This document shows, one piece after another, positions 25,718 through 33,797 of a stretch of DNA of 38,669 bases. Position 1 is the first letter of the stretch, and every line of letters starts with the position of its first letter. The stretch comes from a virus. Its lineage: Duplodnaviria > Caudoviricetes. The stretch spans positions 1-38,669 of the IMG/VR virus record IMGVR_UViG_3300010203_000020, one strand, 5' to 3'. The notes beneath the pieces are model-generated. The model was given only the letters and a program-made list of their open reading frames with translations. It did not search any database and was not told the DNA's origin. The translations under genes and the position numbers were made by a program.

Positions 25718-26091
25718 TACCGGTCCTCCATCGCCTGTTCGAGCAACATATCGACCGGGGCCTGGACGGCGCCCAGCTTGGCGGCGACGACGCGGATCGA
25801 TCCATCGAGGCGGACGACACTGCGATCGACCGCCGCCAGTTGCGCCTTGAGCGCATCGAGATCGGACCTGGTCGGCAGGTGCCTGAGATCGGTTTCGATG
25901 CGGGTGAACCACGCCCGCCCATCGGCCAGCCTTTGCTCGATCTCTTCGTGGTCCGTGTCATGGACGCCGCGCCAGCGGTCGAAATCGTCGCGGGTGACAA
26001 AGCGACGGCCGAATGACCAGAGCACCCAGGCCAACAGCGCCTGGACCATGACCAAAACGACCGGCCACCATTGCAGAAACTCAGCGGCCAT
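25717..26091 (-). CDS. Mu gp25-like / DUF2730 membrane-anchored coiled-coil protein
   Basis: N-terminal TM, R...IE..L.HLP...D...L, MLLE; ATG 26091. Confidence 0.7.
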   Translation of the reverse strand: MAAEFLQWWPVVLVMVQALLAWVLWSFGRRFVTRDDFDRWRGVHDTDHEEIEQRLADGRAWFTRIETDLRHLPTRSDLDALKAQLAAVDRSVVRLDGSIRVVAAKLGAVQAPVDMLLEQAMEDR

Positions 26092-26602
26092 CCGTTTTCT
26101 CCCGTGCCGCAGCATCCCGAGCGGCAATAGTGGCGACGTCTACGGCGTGTTGTCCGTCGAGAGCAATCTGGTCGCCTCCGCTTTCGAGGCGTTCCACCGC
26201 TCCAAGGGTCCGGGCGAGGGCGGCACGTACATCCTCACAGCCGCTGGCGCCGGTGCCTGTTTGGCCGTCGGCGCGACCACCACCGCTCCCACCGGTTCGG
26301 GCAAGCTGGAGCAGGCGGTTCCGAGCAGCGTCAAGGTCAGCAGACAGGCGGACACCATCAGCCTGGGCACGGGCGGTGTCTTGGGAGAGACGGACATAGT
26401 TGACCTCCAATTCGGCGTTGCGATCGATGGCAACCTGCAACCGGGTCAGCACCGCGCCGGTCTCCTTGGCCAGGGTGGCGGCGGCCTCGGCGCGCAGATC
26501 GGCGACGACCTTGTCGTGCCGGGCCTGGTCGTAGCTATGGACCAACCAGCCGGTCAGCACGACCAGCACCAGACCGGCGATGGCGGCGAGACGGCCGCTC
26601 AC
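26081..26602 (-). CDS. Rz-like inner-membrane spanin
   Basis: GTG overlaps the endolysin stop; single N-terminal TM followed by coiled coil. Confidence 0.75.
   Translation of the reverse strand: MSGRLAAIAGLVLVVLTGWLVHSYDQARHDKVVADLRAEAAATLAKETGAVLTRLQVAIDRNAELEVNYVRLSQDTARAQADGVRLSADLDAARNRLLQLARTGGSGGGRADGQTGTGASGCEDVRAALARTLGAVERLESGGDQIALDGQHAVDVATIAARDAAAREKTDGR
26140..26397 (-). CDS. Rz1-like outer-membrane lipoprotein spanin, embedded in Rz
   Basis: Alternative frame; signal peptide ending LLGTA-C, Pro-rich mature part. Confidence 0.7.
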   Translation of the reverse strand: MSVSPKTPPVPRLMVSACLLTLTLLGTACSSLPEPVGAVVVAPTAKQAPAPAAVRMYVPPSPGPLERWNASKAEATRLLSTDNTP

Positions 26603-27342
26603 GATCCGGCCTCGATCATCCGCGTGTACCCGGCGATCCGGGCAACATAGGTGGTGGTTTCGCGGGCATGAGCGGTGCCGGTCACCTCGTCCAGGCAGAC
26701 CGCGATCCCGGCCCACAGCCGGGCGCCGTTGCACACGCGCTGCGCCTCGATGATGTTGCCCGCGCCCGCGTTGTAGCTGGCCTGAGCCAGGGGCTGGCGG
26801 TCGGCGGGATCGCGGCCGGCTCGCCACATCCGCCGCAGCTTGGCCATGTAATAGGCCCCGGCATCGATCGCGATGGCATGATGGGGGGAGACCGCACCCA
26901 GCCGCAATTCGCGGGTCAGGTCGCCCCAAGTGCCCGGCATCATCTGGGCCAGACCGGCGGCGCCGACCGGCGACACCGCGCGGGGGTCGAGGCGGCTCTC
27001 CTGATACAGCTGGGCCTTCCAGGCGGCGGGCCGAGGATAATCGGGCCAATAGGTGGCGACGGCGCGATTGATCTCGCGGTCGTAGCGGTCGGGGATCACC
27101 GGCCCGGCGCTGGCGGGCGAGCATCCGATCAGCAGCCCGATCAGCAGGGCCAAGGCGACGATCCGCAGGCCGTAATAGGTGGCCAGAGCCAGCGGTTCGC
27201 GGGCGATGGTTTCAAGCGAATCGCGGAAGCTGCGTTTAGCGCGCTGGTCGAAATACGACGACAGCCCGATCAGACCGATCGCGGCCAGAGCCGCGTACAG
27301 GAGTTTCAGCGCGGCAGCGGCGATGACAAAATCGTCGAACAT
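26599..27342 (-). CDS. Endolysin: lytic transglycosylase (SLT) with N-terminal two-TM domain
   Basis: QESR.DP.AVSPVGAAGLAQ.MP.TW, ASYNAG.GN, ET..YV motifs. Confidence 0.88.
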   Translation of the reverse strand: MFDDFVIAAAALKLLYAALAAIGLIGLSSYFDQRAKRSFRDSLETIAREPLALATYYGLRIVALALLIGLLIGCSPASAGPVIPDRYDREINRAVATYWPDYPRPAAWKAQLYQESRLDPRAVSPVGAAGLAQMMPGTWGDLTRELRLGAVSPHHAIAIDAGAYYMAKLRRMWRAGRDPADRQPLAQASYNAGAGNIIEAQRVCNGARLWAGIAVCLDEVTGTAHARETTTYVARIAGYTRMIEAGS

Positions 27343-27376
27343 GAAAACGGCTCCACGGACGTAAAGTCTGGGAGCC

Positions 27377-27421
27377 AGTTAATCACCTGTGCCGTGTCAG
27401 GGATGCCTGAAGGGATTCAGG
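27377..27421 (-). promoter_or_regulatory. Putative activator-dependent late promoter for the lysis/packaging operon
   Basis: CCTGAA-GGGA-TTCAGG (27406-27421), then 23 bp, then TTAACT; same geometry as 20400-20445. Confidence 0.55.
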
Positions 27422-27836
27422 TCAGGAAGGAAAGCTGCCGGTCGTCAGGGACATCATCACGGGCGCGAGCCAGGGCCATGTAGACACCGCGCTCGGTCAT
27501 GCCGAGTTGCAGGGCGATGTCGGCCACCTTAACCTGAGCGGCCCGCATCGCCAAGATACGAGCGAGGCGCTGCTGCTCAAGCCTCTTCGACATGATCGGG
27601 ACATCAAGGCGCTTGATGTGTTCCGACGCCATCTTGGCATAAATCGCTTTGGCAGCCCCCACTCCCACGGCATCGGCAAGGCGGCAGCCTTCTGTCGGTT
27701 CGCTGCCGATGTTAATGCGGATGCCCCCACAGGTGGCGACCAGGCGCAGCATGACATCCTCGCCGACGGCGTCGAGCACATGGAAAAGCACCGCTGGCAA
27801 ATAGCCGTATTTCTGTCGGGGGGACGGGCTGGTCAT
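27417..27836 (-). CDS. Mor/C-family transcription activator
   Basis: LP..L......G.D..L.LV...GG..I.I N-domain plus C-terminal HTH (IA.QLGMTERGVY..L); last early gene, after gemA. Confidence 0.8.
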   Translation of the reverse strand: MTSPSPRQKYGYLPAVLFHVLDAVGEDVMLRLVATCGGIRINIGSEPTEGCRLADAVGVGAAKAIYAKMASEHIKRLDVPIMSKRLEQQRLARILAMRAAQVKVADIALQLGMTERGVYMALARARDDVPDDRQLSFLT

Positions 27837-28273
27837 CACCGCCCCCGCTTGGCCAGTTCGCGAGCACGCCAGGACTTCAGCGCCTCGGTGACGATCTGAG
27901 CCTGCTGCGGCGTCATCCATTCCGGATCGTCCACCCCGGTCATTCGCTGGACAAAGGCCAGCAGCCCGGCGCGGTTGGCGATCACCGGAATGTTGGCCTT
28001 GCACATGTCGCCCCAGATCGCGAAGACCTTGCGCACATGAACCCGGCCGCTGGCCGGGCGATAGCGCTGGCCATCGGCGGCCGTGGCTTTGCTCTTGGGC
28101 TTCCAGCCCAGTCGCTTGAACTCGGCCAGCACTTTGTCGAGTTGGGCGTCGGTGAGTCCCTTCGAACTCTCCTGCCCGGTGATCCGGGAGAGGACGGCGC
28201 GATAACAATCCTCGGTCAGCGCCAGATCCTTTCGGGCGATGTGGACCTTGGCGAGCATGGCGTTACGGGGCAT
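27836..28273 (-). CDS. gemA: GemA (Mu gp16, DUF1018)
   Basis: LAKVHIA.K.L.L.ED.YR..L...TG..SSK.L...QL..VL..F...GW, L.AFV.R.TG, V.EALK.W..R; ATG 28273. Confidence 0.85.
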   Translation of the reverse strand: MPRNAMLAKVHIARKDLALTEDCYRAVLSRITGQESSKGLTDAQLDKVLAEFKRLGWKPKSKATAADGQRYRPASGRVHVRKVFAIWGDMCKANIPVIANRAGLLAFVQRMTGVDDPEWMTPQQAQIVTEALKSWRARELAKRGR

Positions 28274-28505
28274 CGCACGCCTCCCACCCGGCGCAGGCCG
28301 GGGATCTGAGCAGGATGTCGGTGCGGCGCGACGAGGTCCAAATGCGTTGGGCGCGCCAGCATTTGGCGTAGCTGCCGGTGCGTAGCGCGTGATCGCAGGT
28401 CGCGCAGGTCTGGCCAGCCGGTCCAGTGCCTGGAAGCCTGTAATATCCGCGCGGCTGAGTGCCCTTGCGGGGCGCGGATACGGGCGCGCCAAATAGGTCA
28501 AGCAT
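28263..28505 (-). CDS. Small Cys-rich hypothetical protein (80 aa)
   Basis: PGTGPAG.TC.TC.H...KC...DI...SPAC..W; ATG 28505. Confidence 0.65.
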   Translation of the reverse strand: MLDLFGAPVSAPRKGTQPRGYYRLPGTGPAGQTCATCDHALRTGSYAKCWRAQRIWTSSRRTDILLRSPACAGWEACDAP

Positions 28506-28908
28506 CGCCGCGCATCTCCTTGTGCTGGGTGAGCAGCGCCTCCTGGCGCCGCGCGATCCGGTCGGCCTTGGCGCGAGCACGGTCCTCTCTGGCCCGGGCC
28601 TGTTTAGCCGCGTCGCAGGCTAGGTCGGAGGCCCGGATCAGACGATTCAACGTCTTACCGTCGCAGGCCGGGTTACGGCATGCCTCGGCCAGGGCGTTAG
28701 TCGCGGTGATGCTGGCCATTTCTGCCTTGCGAGTCGTCTCACCCAGCCGCATGTATTCGTCCCACGCCACGTGCCAGCGGTCGCAGGCCGCCTCCCATTG
28801 CGCCCAGATCAAGTCAGCCGGGCGCCACAGGATGTGGCGTCGAGCCAGCTGGAGCAGTTCGTCACGGTCGAGATCGTCGAGGGTGACCGCATGGCGGGTA
28901 CGGGTCAT
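28498..28908 (-). CDS. Hypothetical helical protein
   Basis: ATGA-coupled, fills the operon. Confidence 0.6.
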   Translation of the reverse strand: MTRTRHAVTLDDLDRDELLQLARRHILWRPADLIWAQWEAACDRWHVAWDEYMRLGETTRKAEMASITATNALAEACRNPACDGKTLNRLIRASDLACDAAKQARAREDRARAKADRIARRQEALLTQHKEMRGDA

Positions 28909-29624
28909 TCCAGTAGCCCCGCGACCGGGCCGGACGAGAGACCGGCATTGACCTCGACATGGCGCCCCGCCGCCGCTCCAGCGTGACGGTCATGCTTGGT
29001 GTCTCCGGCTTTGGGCTTGGCCAGCGCCCGGCAGGGTGACAGGCGGACGCCTTGATGCTGGGCCGCCGCTGTTTCCAATTCGGCCTTCCGGGCGTCGATC
29101 CGGGCCGAGGCCTCCGCCCGGGTGCCGCCATTGCGACGCCATAGCCCGTCATACAGCTTCAAGGCGACCTGATCGGCCCAGCCCTCGGTATAGGCTTTGA
29201 CGGCGGCGGCACGGGTCTTGGGCAGCCTCCGCCGCCGATACTGATCGCTCGTTTTGAACCGGCTTAAATCGGCTTTGAAGGCGCGGTGAAGCACCTCGTG
29301 GACATACTGGGCGACCAGAACATCCTGAGGGCGGCCGAAATAGGCCATCGCCAGACCGCCACCGCGGTCAAGCCAGCAGATGCAGTCGGCAAACACCGCG
29401 ACGGCCACCCACGCCCGCTCCAGCGGGCTACGACGCGATCCCAGAGCAACCCCATTGCGGTCATAGCCGAGCGCCTCAAGCTGCTCCTCGGTCAGTCCAT
29501 GCCGGGCGAGCAGATCGGCCATCTTGCTCGCGGCCGCGAGGGCCTCGGCCTCGGTGCAGCCGTTGTCGGTCGTCATGTTGCGGAGCGCCTCAAGCCGGGC
29601 ACGGATGCGAGACAGGTCGGTCAT
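28905..29624 (-). CDS. DUF2786-like protein
   Basis: RI..RL.AL..MT..NGCTEAEA.AA..K...LL..HGL N-domain; ATG 29624. Confidence 0.75.
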   Translation of the reverse strand: MTDLSRIRARLEALRNMTTDNGCTEAEALAAASKMADLLARHGLTEEQLEALGYDRNGVALGSRRSPLERAWVAVAVFADCICWLDRGGGLAMAYFGRPQDVLVAQYVHEVLHRAFKADLSRFKTSDQYRRRRLPKTRAAAVKAYTEGWADQVALKLYDGLWRRNGGTRAEASARIDARKAELETAAAQHQGVRLSPCRALAKPKAGDTKHDRHAGAAAGRHVEVNAGLSSGPVAGLLE

Positions 29625-29628
29625 GGCG

Positions 29629-29799
29629 TCACTCTCCCGTCTTGCTATCGTCGAGGCGCACGAGGGCATAGCCAACCGGGGCAACGACGGTGATCTTTAT
29701 CTGAGGCGGCCAGACGTACATGGCGAAGCCCACCCCAATCCCGGCGGCGAGGCCGACCGCGATGAAGAGCGCGAATACTTTAATGACGTCCTCCATCAT
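29629..29799 (-). CDS. Small single-TM protein (56 aa), absent from the ORF track
   Basis: MMEDVIKVFALFIAVGLAAGIGVGFAMYVWPP...; GGAGG RBS; ATGA-coupled; exactly fills the gap. Confidence 0.65.
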   Translation of the reverse strand: MMEDVIKVFALFIAVGLAAGIGVGFAMYVWPPQIKITVVAPVGYALVRLDDSKTGE

Positions 29800-30809
29800 C
29801 CCCTCCGCAGGCTGAAGGGCGGGAGACCAAGCGACTGGCGCTTGGCGTTGGCGCGGTTGAGCAGGTCGTGATCAGACCAGCGGGGCGACCCGGCCAGCCG
29901 CCACGTACCGCCGGTGCCGACCTCGACCCGATCGCCCTGGGCGCGCAACCACTCGACCACCGTCTCGATGTCGGCCGCCGGTGCGGGGGCCGGATCGGGA
30001 TCGATCGGCGATCCCCGCAACACATCCTCGGGCAGGGTCTCCCGGCCGACCGGTTCGGGGGCCGGGCGCGGCGCGGACGTGGAGCACGCCGGTGGCGGCA
30101 GGGTAATCGTCAGCTTGGGCGCCGGGGCCTCACCGGCGGCGGCCGACGCCGGTGAGGTCATCTCATAGGAGGTGGCCGCACCGGTGCCGGTGCGGCGGAC
30201 ATGGCCCGCCATTTCCAACCCGGCCAAGCGGCGACTGCCGGTGACCTGCGAGCACCCCATGTGTCGGGCCAACGACGCGCCGGTGATCCGCTCGCCCTGG
30301 GCGACCAGCGAACGCACCATGTCGAGCGTCGTGATGCCGGACGCGGATGCGACCGGATCGGGGGTTGCGTCAGGCGCCGGATCGGCCGGAGCCGTGGGAT
30401 GGTGATGATGGCACGCGCCACCCGGTCCGGCATTGAGGCACCGGGCGACCGAGGCGCAGGTGTCGCAATCGCCGACCTCGGCCAGCGTCCGGTGATGGCG
30501 CAGCGCCCAGGACTGACCGGGGGGCACGTCCCTTTCGGCACTGGGCGCGGGTGGGTCGGTCGCGCAGTCCTGCCCACCGTCTCCGATGGGCAGCGGCGAC
30601 CCGTCCAGCCGCATCCGGCCGTGGACGATCTCGACCCGGACCTTGGCGTACTCGCCCACGGCGTAACCGTGGTCGGTCCTGATTTCGACCTCCGGGCCGT
30701 ACTTGGCGATCACCCGAGCGAGCTCGGTGTTGAGCGAGGAGACGAGCCCGTTGATCGCGATGATGTCGCCCGGCTCGATCAGGCGAGGCGACGCGCTGGG
30801 ATAGGGCAT
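29796..30809 (-). CDS. Mosaic hypothetical protein with Cys/His cluster and winged HTH
   Basis: ATG 30809; CDTC..C..CHHHH; ITGASLARHMGCSQVTGSRRL..LE..G.V.R. Confidence 0.6.
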   Translation of the reverse strand: MPYPSASPRLIEPGDIIAINGLVSSLNTELARVIAKYGPEVEIRTDHGYAVGEYAKVRVEIVHGRMRLDGSPLPIGDGGQDCATDPPAPSAERDVPPGQSWALRHHRTLAEVGDCDTCASVARCLNAGPGGACHHHHPTAPADPAPDATPDPVASASGITTLDMVRSLVAQGERITGASLARHMGCSQVTGSRRLAGLEMAGHVRRTGTGAATSYEMTSPASAAAGEAPAPKLTITLPPPACSTSAPRPAPEPVGRETLPEDVLRGSPIDPDPAPAPAADIETVVEWLRAQGDRVEVGTGGTWRLAGSPRWSDHDLLNRANAKRQSLGLPPFSLRRG

Positions 30810-31303
30810 CACGCGGCCTCCTCGGTGTCGGCCTCGGACCGCGCCAACGCCTTGGCCAGGGCATAGACCTGGGCGCGGGCGCGGGTCGGGATCAGGTAAT
30901 AGTTCCGGACCAGTTCGAGGGTCTCGCGGCTGGTCAGGTGATCCTTGCCGACCGTCGCCGCCTCGGTCACGGCCGGGGCGGTGCCGGTGATCACCGCCAC
31001 CGGGCTCTGAGCCTGGACCGAGGTCGGCATGTCGTCGAAGAAAAACGACACCGGCACGTCGAGCACCCGGGACAGGTCGTACAGCCGCGAGGCCCCGATC
31101 CGGTTGGCGCCGCGCTCGTACTTCTGGACCTGCTGGAAGGTCAGGCCGATCGCTTCGCCCAGCTTCTCCTGGCTCATCCCCAGCAGGGTGCGGCGCAGGC
31201 GCATCCGCGCCCCGACATGGATGTCGATCGGATTGGCGCTGCCGTCGTCGAGGCGGCCACGAGTGCTGGTGCGGCGGGTGGTTCTGGACACGGACATGGA
31301 CAT
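30809..31303 (-). CDS. XRE-family regulator, PraR/PhrR-like
   Basis: NPIDIHVGARMRLRR..LGMSQEKLGEA.GLTFQQVQKYERGANRIGASRL...LDVPVSFFF. Confidence 0.88.
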   Translation of the reverse strand: MSMSVSRTTRRTSTRGRLDDGSANPIDIHVGARMRLRRTLLGMSQEKLGEAIGLTFQQVQKYERGANRIGASRLYDLSRVLDVPVSFFFDDMPTSVQAQSPVAVITGTAPAVTEAATVGKDHLTSRETLELVRNYYLIPTRARAQVYALAKALARSEADTEEAA

Positions 31304-31317
31304 GGTGATGGGCTCCT

Positions 31318-32241
31318 TTAGGCGACGGCGGGATTGTGGGGGGCAACGGAGGCGGACGCCTTGACGGCGGCGTCCCAGCCGAGGGAGCGATAGAGCTCGT
31401 AGAGCGCCTTGCCCTTTTTCGTCTCGTAGCCGTAATCGCCCGGCGCGCCGAACGCGGCATACAGGGCCTTGAGCTTGGGGCCGAGATCGGCCAGAGCGAC
31501 ATGTGCCTCATCCGCAGCAAGCCGCGCCTCCAACTCCTCGACGCGACGGCGCAGTGATTGGCGGCTAAATGCCTCGGGCGTAGGGATGGCAGCCGCGATG
31601 TCGAGCGGGATCAGTTCCATCTTCCCGGTCGGACTGGCGCGGTAGAATCGGATGTAGCTGGTGGTGTCCACCACCCGTTCGGCGTCGTCGATGGCGCGGC
31701 AGATATCCGGCCAGCGACGGTCGGGGATTTCCAGGCGGCGGATCGCGCGCAGCAGATCGGGATCGACCTTGCCCTCTTTGTCGACACGGAAGGCGAGATT
31801 GACCAAGGGAGTCAGCACCGGGCCAGCACCTGCGGCATTCGCGGCGATCAACTCATCGAGCAGTTGCTTCGCCACCTGCAACTCGGGGCCATAGATCACG
31901 CGGTCGGACATCGCGACCTTGATCTGACGTTTGCCGTCGGCGCTGGTGTAGGTCCGGTTGCCCTTGAACTCGGTGTCGCGGGTGACTCCGTACTCCTGCG
32001 CCAGCAAGGCATCGAACTGCGCCAGATCGGCGCGGCTGTGGCCATTGAAGCGGGCGATTTCGGCCGACAGATCGAGGGCATAATCGGTGAGCTGGTAGGC
32101 CAGTTCGTGCTGCAGCAAATCCTGGGCCTTGTAATTGGTCACCGGAATCTTGACCCCTTTGGGGCCGGGCAGATGAGCCATCCCGTCGATCATGACGGCA
32201 CCGGGCAGCGGCTTGGGCGTGGGCGTGGTTTCAACGGTCAT
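31318..32241 (-). CDS. DUF3164-family protein with C-terminal extension
   Basis: KGN.T.TS.DG, GPELQ.AK.L.DE, AF.VDKEG, L..IRRL.I.D.RW, SYIRFY, IPLDIA. Confidence 0.8.
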   Translation of the reverse strand: MTVETTPTPKPLPGAVMIDGMAHLPGPKGVKIPVTNYKAQDLLQHELAYQLTDYALDLSAEIARFNGHSRADLAQFDALLAQEYGVTRDTEFKGNRTYTSADGKRQIKVAMSDRVIYGPELQVAKQLLDELIAANAAGAGPVLTPLVNLAFRVDKEGKVDPDLLRAIRRLEIPDRRWPDICRAIDDAERVVDTTSYIRFYRASPTGKMELIPLDIAAAIPTPEAFSRQSLRRRVEELEARLAADEAHVALADLGPKLKALYAAFGAPGDYGYETKKGKALYELYRSLGWDAAVKASASVAPHNPAVA

Positions 32242-32253
32242 TGAAGGGACCTT

Positions 32254-32409
32254 TCACGGGCTGGGGGGGACGAAATTGACGAAGCTGATCCGGGCGGCCG
32301 ACAGCGGGGCATCCTCGACCGCGCCGGGCGTCGCCTCGATCAGGCCGATGGCCAGGGCGGCGGTGACCGCCAGGGCGAGGATGACGTCGGCGATCAGGAG
32401 GTGGTGCAT
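32254..32409 (-). CDS. Small TM protein (51 aa)
   Basis: ATG 32409 with GGAGG RBS; hydrophobic N-terminus. Confidence 0.5.
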   Translation of the reverse strand: MHHLLIADVILALAVTAALAIGLIEATPGAVEDAPLSAARISFVNFVPPSP

Positions 32410-32699
32410 GGCGCATCCTCCATGCTCGCGACAACGCGGAGGGTCAGCGCCAGCATCAGGATCAGGCCGGTCACCGAGTGGTGATCCTGGCCCCCGCGCA
32501 AAACCAAATCGGCGGCATCGAGCGCGGCGTCGAGCGAGATCGGCCCGGCCAGGATCACCAGACCGCCGTCCGGCAACGGCGCGGCAAGGTGATAGAGGTC
32601 CGCTCCGTCGCGCAGGATCAGACGGCCGCTCTGGCCGATCACGGCCACGGGGCGGGCGACAACCCCACCCCAGCAGACGGTGCCCGGGGCCGCGATCAT
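32394..32699 (-). CDS. Hypothetical protein (101 aa)
   Basis: ATGA-coupled start at 32699. Confidence 0.55.
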   Translation of the reverse strand: MIAAPGTVCWGGVVARPVAVIGQSGRLILRDGADLYHLAAPLPDGGLVILAGPISLDAALDAADLVLRGGQDHHSVTGLILMLALTLRVVASMEDAPCTTS

Positions 32700-33151
32700 G
32701 ACGCACCGCCAGCGGCAAGGGTGCTGATCCGGGCCACGAACCCAGCGGGATCGGACTCGGCCATGGACACCAGGGCGCGCCGCATGGCATCGGCGCTGTC
32801 CTCGGCCAACCGGATGGCGTAATCCCGGTGAGGGGTGGGATCGGCATCGGCCAACACGGCGGCGGTGATCGTCTCGACCGCTTGCGCCGTCTCCGGGTCG
32901 GTCGCTATCCGCGAGGCAACCCGGCGGATCGCCGACAACACCGAGGTGTGGTCCCGCCCAAACTCCCGGCCGAGCATCGGCAGCGAATAGGTCGGCAGCA
33001 GCCGCGAGGCGACATACATCGCGACATGACGCGGGCGGCACAGCTTGGTATGGCGGCGCCGACCCCGAAGGGCATCGACCGCGATCGCGTAATGGCTGGC
33101 CGTCACCTCCTGGATCAGGCGGACCGTCAGGAGGCGGGTCTGGGCGGTCAT
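32696..33151 (-). CDS. Stand-alone DnaA domain IV (DNA-binding HTH) protein
   Basis: I...A.HY......L.G.RR......PR.VAMY....L...SLP.LGR.F.GRDHT.V..A.R.V matches the DnaA C-terminal signature. Confidence 0.85.
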   Translation of the reverse strand: MTAQTRLLTVRLIQEVTASHYAIAVDALRGRRRHTKLCRPRHVAMYVASRLLPTYSLPMLGREFGRDHTSVLSAIRRVASRIATDPETAQAVETITAAVLADADPTPHRDYAIRLAEDSADAMRRALVSMAESDPAGFVARISTLAAGGAS

Positions 33152-33414
33152 GCCGCACCGTCCGGGATGGCAACGCCGTCCTGCTGGCGGGAGGCGGGGC
33201 GGCGCCGGGTCAGCGGGATCACCCCGGCCGGGAGGTCGGACCAGTCAAGCCGGGCCATGGCCGGGACGGGGGTTATCTCCAACAGCCGGGCAAACCGCGC
33301 CCAATCGCCCATGATCCTGGTCAAGGTCTCCATTTGATCCAGCCCGACGGGCTCGCCACGCTGGCGCTGGGCGTCGATCACGGCGCGGAGATTTTCAATC
33401 CGTTCAGTCAACAT
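33148..33414 (-). CDS. Hypothetical protein (88 aa)
   Basis: ATG 33414 with purine-rich RBS; coupled. Confidence 0.55.
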   Translation of the reverse strand: MLTERIENLRAVIDAQRQRGEPVGLDQMETLTRIMGDWARFARLLEITPVPAMARLDWSDLPAGVIPLTRRRPASRQQDGVAIPDGAA

Positions 33415-33797
33415 CCTTCCTTCCCTCCCTGGGCGGGGTTGGCGTGGGGGCAGATCGGGCAAACATCTCGAATGACGGCGTTACGGGGAGACCATTCGGC
33501 CCGCTGGTGCTCGATGCAGGCCGACGACGACATCTCGCCGATCACCGGGCACATAACGGTGGCCGACATCAAGGCGGCGCGAACCGCCTGCTCAATGACG
33601 CTCAGATCGGCCCCGTAGCTCTTGCCCAGCACGCAATTGATCGTCGCGGCCGAGTAGCCGCTTCCGCCTGCTCGCGGCAGCCTCTTTCCGGCGGCACCCT
33701 GGCTGGTACGGTCGCATTCGGCGGCCAGGGCCGCGATCCAGTCCGGCAGCGGATCGCCCCAGGCGGCCCGGGCCTTGTCGGTGGAGATCGTCTTCAT
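33408..33797 (-). CDS. Conserved Mu-like early HTH/Cys-cluster protein
   Basis: A.AAWG..LPDW..ALA..CD..SQ, GYS.A.I..VL...Y, V.CPV.G, C..CP; ATG 33797. Confidence 0.7.
   Translation of the reverse strand: MKTISTDKARAAWGDPLPDWIAALAAECDRTSQGAAGKRLPRAGGSGYSAATINCVLGKSYGADLSVIEQAVRAALMSATVMCPVIGEMSSSACIEHQRAEWSPRNAVIRDVCPICPHANPAQGGKEGC

Noticed and set aside
24731-26650. 639-aa + strand ORF
   Set aside because: Antisense shadow across five real - strand genes
30809-31303. XRE gene as the prophage immunity repressor
   Set aside because: Co-oriented in mid-operon and host-like; a Mu-type repressor is expected divergent at the left end, outside the window
29796-31520. 574-aa ORF as listed in the track
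   Set aside because: The N-terminal part is an off-frame overlap of the XRE and DUF3164 genes; real start taken as 30809. Similar trimming was applied to many track ORFs
28263-33414. Anti-CRISPR/aca cluster among the small early genes
   Set aside because: No recognisable Acr or Aca sequence; cannot be supported without profile searches
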